Positions 7,825 through 17,968 of a stretch of 39,040 nucleotides of DNA are shown one piece after another (position 1 is the first letter of the stretch; each line of letters starts with the position of its first letter). This DNA comes from a virus (taxonomy: Duplodnaviria > Caudoviricetes): IMG/VR virus record IMGVR_UViG_3300009095_000034, positions 1 to 39,040 of that record; one strand, given 5' to 3'. The position numbers and the translations under genes are program-made. The notes below the pieces were generated by a model. That model made no database searches. It was given only the letters and a program-made list of their open reading frames with translations, and had not been told where the DNA came from.

Positions 7825-8802
7825 TCACTTCCAGATGGGGGCGATCTCGACGGCGAGCGACAGCGGCGCGTCGCCCCGGTAGGCGATCGCGATCTGAGTC
7901 GCCGCGCCGGGCACCTCGAACGACTGGCGGTCCCCGGCGGCGAGGGTGTAGCGGCCTTGCAGCGGGTACCGCTTGCCGCGCTTGCCGTCCGGCGCCCAAT
8001 CCTCTTCGGCGTATACCTCGGTGATCTCGGTGTCCTCCCCGGCTGCCAGCGACACGAACACCCGGCCCTGATCGCCGGTCACGACGCCGTTGCGGGGCGG
8101 GATGAGCCCGACGAACGTGCGGACGCGGTCCGGGCTCGCCGGGAGGGTGTAGCCGTAGGCGAGTCCACTCGGGACGTAGCGGCGCACGATGTCGCGGATC
8201 TCGGTAGCGATGGACATGTCGAGCTCACTTTCCCCGCCGCCACGGCGGATCAGGTTCGGGTCGTCGCGGAAACTCCGCACGGTGTCTTGCATCCAGCGGG
8301 TGTCGATGCCGACCGGGTCCGGCTTGCGGCCGGGCGGGATGCACACGTCCTTGTGTCCGCCGTAGCGCTCCGGGCCGCGTCGCATGTAGTGCAGCGCGGC
8401 GGCGACGAGACGCGGGTAGGCGTCGCGCTGTGCGGCCGTCCAGCCGCCGAGTCCCGCTGACTCCGCCTCGATGCCGATCGACTCGTCGTTGAGGTCGGTG
8501 AACCCGGCCCAGCGGGACGCGCCCGCGTGCCAGGCGACGCCCCCGGCGACGACATACACGGCGCCGGAGCGGCCGAGCCCGTAGTTGCACAGCGGGCCGG
8601 GGAGATCGCTCCTCCCGTCGGTGACGATGCGCTGCGACGGGTAGTCCCCGGCGGCCTTGTCCGATGTGGCCGTGTGGTGGCCGACGACGACCTCCACGGC
8701 GCGGAACCCGCCGTGTCCACGGGTGCGCCAACCGGGTAGCTCGATCACCGGGTACCCGGTCATGCGTGCCGCGTCGGCGAGCCACGGAATGTAGATCCCC
8801 AC
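7825..8802 (-). CDS. Endolysin, N-acetylmuramoyl-L-alanine amidase (Amidase_2)
   Basis: WLADA..GWRTRGHG, HHTA, GRSDLPGPLC, AWHAG, SIGIEAE, HKD..PGRKPDP. Confidence 0.93.
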   Translation of the reverse strand: MGIYIPWLADAARMTGYPVIELPGWRTRGHGGFRAVEVVVGHHTATSDKAAGDYPSQRIVTDGRSDLPGPLCNYGLGRSGAVYVVAGGVAWHAGASRWAGFTDLNDESIGIEAESAGLGGWTAAQRDAYPRLVAAALHYMRRGPERYGGHKDVCIPPGRKPDPVGIDTRWMQDTVRSFRDDPNLIRRGGGESELDMSIATEIRDIVRRYVPSGLAYGYTLPASPDRVRTFVGLIPPRNGVVTGDQGRVFVSLAAGEDTEITEVYAEEDWAPDGKRGKRYPLQGRYTLAAGDRQSFEVPGAATQIAIAYRGDAPLSLAVEIAPIWK

Positions 8803-8805
8803 CTG

Positions 8806-9078
8806 TCACGCCTCCTCGTCGTCGTAGGCGCCCGCCTCGTCGTCGGTGTCCGGCGCGGCGGGATCGGAGATCCGGGCGGCGAGGTTCTCCCGCGCCTGCT
8901 CGATGGTCTTCGGCCCGGCGCGGTCGGCGTCCCACTCGGCGGCCTCGTACTCCTCGCGGGAGTACTGGACGAGCGGGTCGAGGTCGGCGAGCGTCAGGTT
9001 CGGGTGGTCGACGAGCCGCGTCTCGTCCCACGCCGACGGCGGCGCGTCGCGGAACACGCTCGATTGCGGGTCTGTCAT
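8806..9078 (-). CDS. Hypothetical acidic protein
   Basis: GGGAGGG RBS; ends 3 bp before the endolysin start. Confidence 0.65.
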   Translation of the reverse strand: MTDPQSSVFRDAPPSAWDETRLVDHPNLTLADLDPLVQYSREEYEAAEWDADRAGPKTIEQARENLAARISDPAAPDTDDEAGAYDDEEA

Positions 9079-9177
9079 GGCTGCAATCCCCTCCCAGGTG
9101 GACGGTGTATCTGTGCTGGTCAGCTCATGCCGGCGCGAGCCCCGCGGCCTCGGTCGTCGTCTGCTGTGGACGATCGA

Positions 9178-9441
9178 CTAGCTCGCCTCGCGGCGATCCC
9201 GCCTGGTGGTGAGCTCGTCCGGGATCTCGGGTGGGGTGAGACCGTGACGTGCGATGTCTTCGCGTAGCGCGTAGATGTGGCGGAGCGCCGCCTCGAACTT
9301 GCGGCGGAGGTCGCGGACCTCCGATTCGAGGTCGACCACGGACTCCGCTCGTTGCCGTTGCCGGTTGAGCAGGAGCCCGCCAATCGCGGTGATCAACCCG
9401 GTGAGTCCGGCGAACACGGCGCCGACGAACGCTGCGTCCAC
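9178..9441 (-). CDS. Membrane-anchored coiled-coil protein (lysis cassette)
   Basis: N-terminal TM followed by LESEVRDLRRKFEAALRHIYALR heptads. Confidence 0.75.
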   Translation of the reverse strand: MDAAFVGAVFAGLTGLITAIGGLLLNRQRQRAESVVDLESEVRDLRRKFEAALRHIYALREDIARHGLTPPEIPDELTTRRDRREAS

Positions 9442-9444
9442 GAC

Positions 9445-9828
9445 TCAGCCCTCCGGGTAGGACGCCGACAGCCCGAGCGCCTGCATGGCGAGCCCGGCCG
9501 CCAGGCACGCCGTCGCCCACCCGGCGCCGCCGACGACAGCGGAGAACAGCAGCGCGAACGCGTAGGCGGCGAACACCCCGGCCGCCGCCAGCAGAGCCGC
9601 CGACCGCAAGCGCCGGGCGGCCAGTGCCGCCAGGAGCGCGACGGCGGCGCCGCCGAACAGCGAAGGCCAGAACGGGCCGACGCTGTCGAGGTAGGCGACG
9701 ACGTTCGCGGGTCGTCCCGGCAGCGGGTCGCGCAGCAGGTAGTACAGCGCCGCCCCGGCGAGCGAGACCACGATCCCCAGCGACGAGGCGGCGCGGTACG
9801 GCGCCGGGCGCGTGACGATGTCACTCAC
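9445..9828 (-). CDS. Multi-TM membrane protein (possible holin-like)
   Basis: About 4 hydrophobic segments; lysis-cassette position. Confidence 0.7.
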   Translation of the reverse strand: MSDIVTRPAPYRAASSLGIVVSLAGAALYYLLRDPLPGRPANVVAYLDSVGPFWPSLFGGAAVALLAALAARRLRSAALLAAAGVFAAYAFALLFSAVVGGAGWATACLAAGLAMQALGLSASYPEG

Positions 9829-10165
9829 TGGCGGTGTTCAGCTCCGGCGGGATTGCGGGGCCGTAGTCTGGGTAGGCGACGAACAGTTGGTTGATCTGTT
9901 CCACGCCCCGCAGCTCCGGCACTACGCCCATGTACGTGATGCTGGTGGAGTACCAATAGCCCTGCGTCACGGGGAATTCGTAGGTGCCGTACATCTGCGT
10001 GGCGCTGCGGGCCGTCGCGGTCCCGTCGCCGTTGTCCACAAAGTCGGTGACGTTGCCGGAGTTGCGGCCGAGCTGGGCCAGGTGCTCGCGGATCGCGGCG
10101 GTGTTGGTGCCATCCCAGATCCACACCTTGTGTACCTGCGGGCGGGGAAGTACATCGACAATCAT
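9821..10165 (-). CDS. Hypothetical protein (tail-associated)
   Basis: AGAAGGGA RBS; follows the tail fibre gene. Confidence 0.7.
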   Translation of the reverse strand: MIVDVLPRPQVHKVWIWDGTNTAAIREHLAQLGRNSGNVTDFVDNGDGTATARSATQMYGTYEFPVTQGYWYSTSITYMGVVPELRGVEQINQLFVAYPDYGPAIPPELNTASE

Positions 10166-10183
10166 CGTTGTGTCCCTTCTGGT

Positions 10184-10813
10184 TTACGGTCCGAGCCAAG
10201 CGACCGTGATCGTGTTGCTCCGAGCTCGCCAGATGTTCAGCGGCGAGCCTGACTGCCAGATCGCGGCGTACGCCGACACCTGTTGTCCAGCCGTGAACCG
10301 CATGAACGCTGACGCCGACTGGACATCCATCGACGGACCCGCAACGGACCCGAATTTCGCGAGCCCCGCGCCGGATGCGGCGTTGCTCTGCGACAGCCAC
10401 AGGGCGCGCACCGAGGAACCGGCGGTGTACTGAAGCGAGACGGTCACCAGCCACAGCCCGGCTTGGTTGATCGTGACCGTGCCGCCGCTGATGGAGCAAC
10501 CGGTCGGCGTGCCGACGGCGGAGACAAACTCGGTGATCTTCACGCCGTCGGAACCGCTGATGGTCTGGCCGGTTCCGTTGCCCTGGGCGTTGTTGTCGGT
10601 CCACTGTCCGAAGTAGGCGCCCGCGTTGGTGCCGACCGGCTTTCCTTCGAGCGTGGTGATCCGGTTGCCCTGCGACGTGATCGCCGACGTGTTGGACGTG
10701 ATGCGGGTTTCGTGGTCGGCGAGTTCGTTGGTGTTGGCGTTGACGAGGTCGATCAGAGCGTTCTGTTCGGCGGCGCGGGCGACTTCTCCCGCGACGACGT
10801 GAGGGATGGCCAT
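10184..10813 (-). CDS. Putative tail fibre / receptor-binding protein
   Basis: Short coiled-coil (DHETRITSNTSAITSQGNRITTLEG) plus C1q-like beta head (TINQAGLWLVTVSL..MRFTAGQQVS). Confidence 0.7.
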   Translation of the reverse strand: MAIPHVVAGEVARAAEQNALIDLVNANTNELADHETRITSNTSAITSQGNRITTLEGKPVGTNAGAYFGQWTDNNAQGNGTGQTISGSDGVKITEFVSAVGTPTGCSISGGTVTINQAGLWLVTVSLQYTAGSSVRALWLSQSNAASGAGLAKFGSVAGPSMDVQSASAFMRFTAGQQVSAYAAIWQSGSPLNIWRARSNTITVAWLGP

Positions 10814-10817
10814 GCGA

Positions 10818-13223
10818 TCAGCTCCAGATGAACGATTGGTCCCACAGTCCGTAGGTCGGCGAGTCCCACACGCCTTGTCCGGGGTTGACGACCATCTCGA
10901 CGGTGTAGGTGTCGGTCAGTCCCTCGCTGTCCATCGTGCGCTTGATCCCGAGAACCTGAAGCCACATGGACTCGCCGAAGCCGTCGGCGTCGCGGACTTC
11001 GATGGTGTCGGTGAGTTGGATGCGAGGGTCGCCGGGAACGGTCACGCTGTCGGACACCGGGATCGGTCGGGCGATCTTGTCCACGATGGACTGGAGCATG
11101 TTCCGGGTCTGGAACTCGTCTTGTAGCCATGCGTTGTTGTCGAGCTCTAGGACACGTTCGCCGTACTCGCGGACGGAGTTGTCGGCTCGGACCTCCCACG
11201 AGCGCGGCTCGTCGAGCGTGACGAGCGTGCCCTTGATGCGTAGCCGTTCGATGTTGTTGGGACCGACGAACCCGGTTGGGCCGGAGTTGCCGTTCCACAT
11301 CACGACTTTGGTCATGTCGCGGGAGGTGTTGCGCGGGACGATGTCGACGCGGAACCCGACGTACTTGTCCCCCTGGTACGACTTGTAGCCCTCGTACGGG
11401 GCGGGTTCGCTCCAGTCGGCGAACTCCGGAAGCAGTGGCAACGGCGAGGGGTGAACCGACATCATCTCGGGTTTGTTGGCGAACCACCCCTCCCAGTCGC
11501 CGGGGTTGATCACCATGATGGCCGGGAAGTACTCGCCGGTCTCTTGCCGTCGCCACAGGAGCTCGTCGTCGCGGGCGAGGTCGTAGACGATTCCCTCTCC
11601 GGCGCGGCCGGTTCGGGTGGTTGCGCGCCACACGTTGCGGACGCTGTCCATGGTGGTTCGCAGCCCGAGGGATTCGAGGTCGTCGACGGTGAACGTGCGC
11701 ACGACCGAAGATTGCCGCTTGTTGACGTCCTCGTAGTTGGCGAAGTTGAACCGACCGAATTCGTCGAAGTAGACGACGCCGTACTCCGCCGACGCGACTT
11801 CCTTCGCGAGCTCCCACGCCTCGCGGCCCGAGTCTCTCAGGGTGTAGGTGATGCGGTTGCGTCCCCAGCTCATGACGGCGTTGCCGTAGAGGCTGCGGTC
11901 GTAGGTGAGATTGGGGATGTCGTCGGCGTAGTAGCTACGCATGATCTGAAGATCGGAAAGCGCGTACTTGTTGGTGACCGTGACGAGGTTCTGCCATGCG
12001 TGGTCGGTGGTTTCGTTGGTCGGCTGGTACGGGCGGGACACGATCGGCGAGACCTCGTCGTCGACGCGGGTGCGCATCTTGACTTCCCGGCCGGGGTAGA
12101 GATCGAACGCGACCTCTAGGAAGTGCCACCCCGGCTCGCGCATGAACAGCCAGTAGCCGTCGGAAAGCACGCCGGATGTGGTGCCCTTCGTGCGGGCGCA
12201 CACGCCGCCGTTGCTTCCCTCCACGATGAGCTGAACGCTCGTGTTCGTGTCGAACATCTCGACGATGGTTGCCGACTCGTCGACGTTGTTTCCTGTCCAG
12301 TACAACCAGACGGCGAGGGTCGTCCCGCCCCATAGTCGCCGGTCGCTCGGGTACAGCGCCGCCGTCTCCGCCCAATACTTCTTGACGGCCCACGTGTTTT
12401 TCCCTCGTGGGACGGCGTTCAACGCGAGGTAGCCATGCGGTCCGGGCGTGTACTGCTCGGCTCGTGGCCGCAGCGCCGGGTCACGCTCCCATTCCTCGGT
12501 GAGGTGGAACTCCTCGACGTTATCGAGCGATCCGATCTCCGGCAGGATCGAGCCGTGGAACGGGACGGACAACACGAGCTGCCGGACCGGGTCGACGTTC
12601 TTGTACTTGTCGTAGCCGCGTGGCCCGGCGGAGAACCCGGCCGAGCGGGCGGCGAGGTCGATCACGCTCGACGAGTCGACCAGGAGCGCCCGCTTGAATC
12701 CGTTCACGAGGTACCGGGTCAACATGCCGTAGGCCGGTACCCGCGTCTTGGTGCGCATCAACTCGACGTTGTCGAGGCACTCGATCCGCACCTCTCCGGT
12801 CTCACGGTTGGCGTGCACGTCGCGGACAATGCCGGTGAACTGGACGTAGGTTTCCCAACCATGGCGGGTCTCGACATCGATCGCGTACCCGCACTGGACG
12901 CCGAGCGCGATTCCCTCGGTGTAGAAGATGGACCGGCCGTTGTTCGGGGCGAAGTGCGCGGCGAGGCTCATCCCGCCCAGCTCGCCAGTGATGGTCACGT
13001 CGAGTTTCCCGGCGGCGTAGCCGTCGACGAGCTTCACCTCGTCCGGCGCGGTCGAGGTCAACGTCTGGTCGCGGATGGTCTCGGTGACGAAGCCGGAAAG
13101 GTCCGACAGCGGGTGGCTGAACTGGCCGTCGTTGTTCCAGTCGACATAGAACCGGTGGCGGAACCGGCGTTCCGGCGAGGTGATCGCGGCGGCGCCGTCG
13201 GATGTGTACTGGTGCACGGTCAC
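10818..13223 (-). CDS. Large minor tail protein
   Basis: 801 aa after Dit; AWELAKEVASAEYGVVYFDEFG and GDPRIQLTDTIEV tail-hub motifs. Confidence 0.85.
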   Translation of the reverse strand: MTVHQYTSDGAAAITSPERRFRHRFYVDWNNDGQFSHPLSDLSGFVTETIRDQTLTSTAPDEVKLVDGYAAGKLDVTITGELGGMSLAAHFAPNNGRSIFYTEGIALGVQCGYAIDVETRHGWETYVQFTGIVRDVHANRETGEVRIECLDNVELMRTKTRVPAYGMLTRYLVNGFKRALLVDSSSVIDLAARSAGFSAGPRGYDKYKNVDPVRQLVLSVPFHGSILPEIGSLDNVEEFHLTEEWERDPALRPRAEQYTPGPHGYLALNAVPRGKNTWAVKKYWAETAALYPSDRRLWGGTTLAVWLYWTGNNVDESATIVEMFDTNTSVQLIVEGSNGGVCARTKGTTSGVLSDGYWLFMREPGWHFLEVAFDLYPGREVKMRTRVDDEVSPIVSRPYQPTNETTDHAWQNLVTVTNKYALSDLQIMRSYYADDIPNLTYDRSLYGNAVMSWGRNRITYTLRDSGREAWELAKEVASAEYGVVYFDEFGRFNFANYEDVNKRQSSVVRTFTVDDLESLGLRTTMDSVRNVWRATTRTGRAGEGIVYDLARDDELLWRRQETGEYFPAIMVINPGDWEGWFANKPEMMSVHPSPLPLLPEFADWSEPAPYEGYKSYQGDKYVGFRVDIVPRNTSRDMTKVVMWNGNSGPTGFVGPNNIERLRIKGTLVTLDEPRSWEVRADNSVREYGERVLELDNNAWLQDEFQTRNMLQSIVDKIARPIPVSDSVTVPGDPRIQLTDTIEVRDADGFGESMWLQVLGIKRTMDSEGLTDTYTVEMVVNPGQGVWDSPTYGLWDQSFIWS

Positions 13224-14053
13224 GCCTCCAGCAGCGTTACGGACACGTCGTTACGCGGGTAGTACGGGGAGACGCGCTCGACCTGGTCGACGAGCACGTG
13301 CGGCGCCGCGCCCCCGAGGTCCCACTCGGTCGGCGCCGGGCCGGACTCGACCTGTGCGGCGGCGGCCGTGATCGTGCCCCCGGCGGTGTCGTCGACGATC
13401 AGCGCGGCGCGGGTGGTGCCCGTTCCGGCGGGCACGGTCGCGGTCACCGAGTAGCGAGACCACGCGGTCGTGATGGTGATCCCTTGCGTCGTCGAGCTCG
13501 TGTGCTCGGTCGCCCCGGCCCGGATGTGGTCGAGCGCGATCCGGGCGGCCGTCGAGCCGCTTTCCGCCTTGAGCCACAGCGAGAACGTGACCGTTTCCTC
13601 GTCGAGCACGGGCACGGCGGGCAACCGGATGTAGCTGCCTGCGCCGTAGCTGGACCATTCGGTCGCGGTGACCGGGACGCCGACCTCGGCCGGGCCGACG
13701 CCGTCGCGGAGGATGCCGCCGGAGGACTTCCGGACGGCGTCGCCGAGCGGGAGCAGGACGGCGGCGTCACGCGGGAGCCGGTTCGTCCCGAGCGGGTCGA
13801 TCAGGTGGAACGGCCCGGCGATCGTGCGGTGGTGCAGTGCCTCGACGAACCGGGACTCCGACGGCGTGAGCCACGGGAGCGTGAGCTCCCAGCTTGCCCG
13901 GTGCCCTGTGACATCCATCGTGCGCGCTCCCGACAACGCCTGGTGCACGCCGCCGAACCGCTCGACGGTGCGTTTCACGTTGCTCTCTGGGCACACCAGC
14001 GGCCGGAGGTCACCGAGCGGTCCGAGATACCACGTGGCGGATTGCGGCTGCAC
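13220..14053 (-). CDS. Minor tail protein (Dit-like, with carbohydrate-binding insert)
   Basis: GTG start after GGAGG; WYLGPLGDLRPL; TVTFSLWLKA..TTAWSRYSVTAT..AQVESG CBM-like module. Confidence 0.8.
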   Translation of the reverse strand: MQPQSATWYLGPLGDLRPLVCPESNVKRTVERFGGVHQALSGARTMDVTGHRASWELTLPWLTPSESRFVEALHHRTIAGPFHLIDPLGTNRLPRDAAVLLPLGDAVRKSSGGILRDGVGPAEVGVPVTATEWSSYGAGSYIRLPAVPVLDEETVTFSLWLKAESGSTAARIALDHIRAGATEHTSSTTQGITITTAWSRYSVTATVPAGTGTTRAALIVDDTAGGTITAAAAQVESGPAPTEWDLGGAAPHVLVDQVERVSPYYPRNDVSVTLLEA

Positions 14054-14057
14054 GGGC

Positions 14058-16569
14058 CTACCTCCGGGCGTTGGACGAGTTGGTCGTGTTGACGAGCTTC
14101 GCGACGCCGTCACCCTCGACCTTCATGCGTGCGCCGTGGAGACCGGCGAGCACGCCCGCCGTTACGGCCGCCTGAATGCCGTCAGAAGCGCCGAACGAGG
14201 GCGAGGGGGCAGATGGGGCCGTGACGGGCACCGCTGCGACCGCTCGCGCCATCTCAGAGGCTGCTGTGACCGCGTTCGGTGCCGCTCGTTCGATACCGTC
14301 GGCGAAGCCTTCGCCGGTCCAGCGGCCGAGCTGGTGAAAGACCTTCGACGGGGAGGCAATCCCGAGCCACGACTTGACCTCGCCGACGGCGCTCTTGGCC
14401 ATGTCGCGCACGGTGCCGAGCAGGTTGCCGATCATGGACTTGACTCCGTTGATCAGGCCGCGGATCAAGTCGGCGCCAGCGTTCCACAGTAGACGGCCGA
14501 AGTCGCCGAGCGCTCCGAGGATGCGTCCGCCGAGGCTGGCCGCCAGGCCGACGAGAGAGCCGAAACCGTCGCGCACCACGGACACGACGAGGTTCACCGC
14601 TCCCGAGACGATCGACTTGATCAGCTGCCACACAGAAGCGATCACTTGTTGCAAACCACGCCAGACTTGCGAAGCGTCGCCGTTCAGGAATCCGCCGAGC
14701 ACCGTTAGGAATCCCTGGATGCCGGAGACCGCTGCCGACACAATCGACGCCGCCGTCTGGAAAACCGTTGTCACCAATGGCAGAAGTGCCGATATCGCAG
14801 GTGCAAGCACACTGACCAAAATGGACGCAAGATTCAGCAGTGGCGGCAGAACGGGAAGAGCTGCCTGCACGATCGATAGGATGCCGGAGACCAGCGGCGG
14901 CAGGATCGGCAGCAGCGCGCCGATCGCCTGAACCAGGAATCCCCCCCAGTGCCCCCGCGATTTGCGTCAGGACGGGCGTCGCGGCGGCGAGCGCCGTCGA
15001 GATGATTCCGGCGAGCTGGCCGATCGTATCTGTCAGCATCGGCAGAAGCGGCGTCACCGCGTTGAGCGCCGCGAGCAGCACACTACCCACAGTAGACGCC
15101 AATTGACCTAAGAGAGGCGCTACAGCGGTCAGGGCATCCGTCAGTGCTCCGCCGAGCTGCTGAGCGATCGGCACCAGTCCAGCCGCGAAAGCGTTCACCG
15201 CAGGAACGACCGCCGCGAAAGCTGGTCCGAGCCCGGCCGAGATCCCGCTTCCCAGCGTGCCGACGACCGTGAGCACGGAGCCGATCGCCGGGGCAATGGA
15301 CTTCAGAGCCGCGACGAATTGCGAGACGTGTTGCGCGTTCGCGGCGAAGAACGACCGCATCGCGTCTTGCCCCTGAACGGACCCGGTGATTTGCGCGAGC
15401 GCGCCCGTCATTTCCTTGAGCGAGTTCAGCATTCCGCCGCCGACATCCGACGCGGCGCGGAACACGTTCACGAGCGTTGCGCCGACGTTCCCGGCGACCT
15501 TGCCGAGATCACCAAGGACGGAGAGACCTTGCGAGATGATGTCGTGCAACCGGCCGGACTCAGCGGCGGCCGTAGCCCAGTCCGCGAAGCGGGTTGCCAC
15601 TTCAGACACTCCGGCCGCGAGTCCCGGAAGGAACTCGGAGCCGACCGCGCCAATCTGCGCGAATGCCCGGACTACCGCGCCCCCGGTCGGGATGAGCTCT
15701 CGGAACGCATCTGCCGTGTTGTCCAGCGCGACACGGGATGCGTCGATCGTCTCCGGCCGCATGAGCGCTTTCCCGGAAACCTGCACCATCGCGCCCATGG
15801 CTGCCGCGACTTGGCGCATACCGCCTTGCAGGAGCGGCAGATACGTCCCGCCGACGTTGCGGATCGTGTTGCCGAGTCCTTCGAAGAACTGTTGCTGTAC
15901 GTCGAGCCGCAGAGCGTCGAACGCGGGTTTCATGTCCCGGATCGCGATCGCCGTTTCCTGCGCCGACGGGGCGAGCTTTTTCAGCGCTTCGGCAAACTTG
16001 GCCGGGTCATCCATGTTGGACAGCGCGTCGCCCACGCCCTTAAAGGCGATCAGGAGCGTTCCCGCACCGACGGCCGCTGCGCCCAGCGCGGCCGGAAGCA
16101 ACGCGACCGATCCGGCCGCCTGCATCGCGATCGAGCCGAGCCCGGCGATCCCGGTCGCCGCCGGGCCGATCCCCGCCGCCACCAGCGACCGCATACCGAC
16201 AAGCCCACGTAGACTGCCTGTAAGGCGACCGATACCGCCCGTCGCGCTATCGATGCGCTTGCGGTCGACGTCGACATTCAACGTGATGTCGTGCCCGCTG
16301 GCGCGCTTCGCGATCGCGGCGACCTTCGTGTTCACGCCGTCGCCGTCGACGTCGACCGGAATGTCGACGTTCGCGGCTTTCTCCGCAATGTCGGCGACGC
16401 GACGAACGTCCCTTGTGAATCCGTCGGAGTCGACGACGGTCGGGATCTCGACGCGGGTGCTGCGCTCGATCCGCTGCAAGTACTTTTCCAGCGACCGGCC
16501 GAACGCGGACGTGTCCGGGAGAACGCGCACCGATACGCGCCCGACCTCACGTCCTCCCGGACCCGCCAT
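14058..16569 (-). pseudogene. Tape measure protein with a +1 frameshift at a G7 run (14941-14947)
   Basis: MAGPGGREVGRVSVRVLPDT N-terminus and LGIASPSKVF C-terminal motif lie in different frames; removing one G gives an 836-aa ORF. Confidence 0.88.
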
Positions 16570-16572
16570 GAT

Positions 16573-16941
16573 TCACCCCTTGCCGTTGAGTTCGGCCACG
16601 GTCACCACGCGACGTGTCGGCTTGGCCGACGGTCGCCGGATTGGCTTCGGTTTCGGTCCCTTGCCGCCGCCGCGTTGGTAGTTGCCTGCCGCGAGGAGTT
16701 CGACGATGGACACTGCGGCGTGCCGGTCGACGGTCCAGCCGCGATGCGGCGGACCGCCTTGCCGACTGGCGTAGTACGCGGAGGAGTCCGGAAGCCACTC
16801 GACCAACCACAGGACGTAGCGCGGCGAGAGCGTCGGCTCGTCGGTGAACAACTCGCGGAGGTCGACGCCGATCGACCGGAGGTCGTAGAGCAACGCCCCG
16901 CCGTGCTCATCTAGGAGTTGGCCGAGTGCGAGGCTTCCCCC
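16573..16941 (-). CDS. Tail assembly chaperone, -1 frameshift extension (gpT-like)
   Basis: The -1 frame after GGGGGAA reads GSLALGQLLDEHGGALLYDLRSIGVDL... Confidence 0.85.
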   Translation of the reverse strand, partial: GGSLALGQLLDEHGGALLYDLRSIGVDLRELFTDEPTLSPRYVLWLVEWLPDSSAYYASRQGGPPHRGWTVDRHAAVSIVELLAAGNYQRGGGKGPKPKPIRRPSAKPTRRVVTVAELNGKG

Positions 16942-17288
16942 GGCTGGGTACGCTCCGAGTACTGCTCGAACAGGGTTTGTAGGACGGCGAGATCGTCGCC
17001 GATCTCCTCGATGAGCCGGTCCGCGTGACCCCGGTCGTCGGCGACGGTGCGGATCATGCTGCGAAGGACTTCGAGGAGATCCCCGTCGGAATACTCCGGG
17101 TCGTCCTGCATGGTGCCGATCGAGGATTGCATCTTGCGCAGCGCCGTCCGTTCCTCACTGGACAGCCGCAGCGGAGCCCGGAGCACGACCGTGGTCTGAT
17201 CGTCGAGCCGAACCGGATAGTCGGCGTAGCGCTGGCGCGCTTCCTGCCGGATCGCGTCGAGCGACGCGGCGCCGTTGACACTGTGCAT
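16911..17288 (-). CDS. Tail assembly chaperone (gpG-like)
   Basis: Between major tail and tape measure genes; LRAPLRLSSEER, TQPGEA. Confidence 0.87.
   Translation of the reverse strand: MHSVNGAASLDAIRQEARQRYADYPVRLDDQTTVVLRAPLRLSSEERTALRKMQSSIGTMQDDPEYSDGDLLEVLRSMIRTVADDRGHADRLIEEIGDDLAVLQTLFEQYSERTQPGEASHSANS
16935..16941 (-). other. Programmed -1 slippery site G GGG GAA
   Basis: CCG GGG GAA at the end of the chaperone ORF; -1 frame open to 16573. Confidence 0.85.
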
Positions 17289-17372
17289 TGCACGGACCTC
17301 CCACGGCGCGGACCAAGAAAGGTGACCGCCGGGCGAGCGGGTCCGCGCAAGGCGCCCGCCCGACGGCCGTCA

Positions 17373-17927
17373 TCACGCCGTCGGCGAGGGCTCGGCGAAC
17401 GCCGGGCCGTCCACGCTGAACAGGTAGTCCAGCGAGGAGTCACCGAGGATGGTCGCCGAGACCGGCATCCCGGAGAGCTGCTCGACGTCGTGTTCCTCGT
17501 CGTCGGAGCCCAGAATCGAGACCTTCGGGAAATACCGGTTCCACACGTTGGTGCCGTCGATGATCTCGACGTACAACGCGTGTTCCTGCGGTACCGGCGT
17601 TTTCGGCACCTCGAACCGGCCCGTGGTCGCGTTGACCTGTCCGCCGCCGTAGTACAGGCGGTGAGCCAGCTCGTCGTACTGGAGCAGCCGGAAAGCGATC
17701 TGATACGTGGTCGGCTCGATGCGCTCGCGAAGCGCCTCGTTCTGCCAGCTCCCCAACGTTTCCCGGTCTCCACCCTCGCGGGAGATCGTGAGCGGCTCGT
17801 CGCGGCTGGTGTGCCCAACGTTGACCCACGGGGTCGTGGGCGAGCCGGAAGGTGCGGCGGTGTTGGTCGGCGCGATGTAGAAGTAACCCCGGCCGGGGAC
17901 CATCACCGCGTTGTCGTCGAGTGCCAT
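17373..17927 (-). CDS. Major tail protein
   Basis: MALDDNAVMVPGRGYFY, VGHTSRDE, LGSWQNEALR. Confidence 0.88.
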   Translation of the reverse strand: MALDDNAVMVPGRGYFYIAPTNTAAPSGSPTTPWVNVGHTSRDEPLTISREGGDRETLGSWQNEALRERIEPTTYQIAFRLLQYDELAHRLYYGGGQVNATTGRFEVPKTPVPQEHALYVEIIDGTNVWNRYFPKVSILGSDDEEHDVEQLSGMPVSATILGDSSLDYLFSVDGPAFAEPSPTA

Positions 17928-17968
17928 GAATCGGCCTCCTCAATGGACGGTTCGGGTTACCCGCGTGG

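Noticed and set aside
14254-14940. C-terminal part of the 771-aa ORF, and 14058-14870 as a separate gene
   Set aside because: The first is Arg-rich out-of-frame read-through; the second is the true tape measure C-terminus
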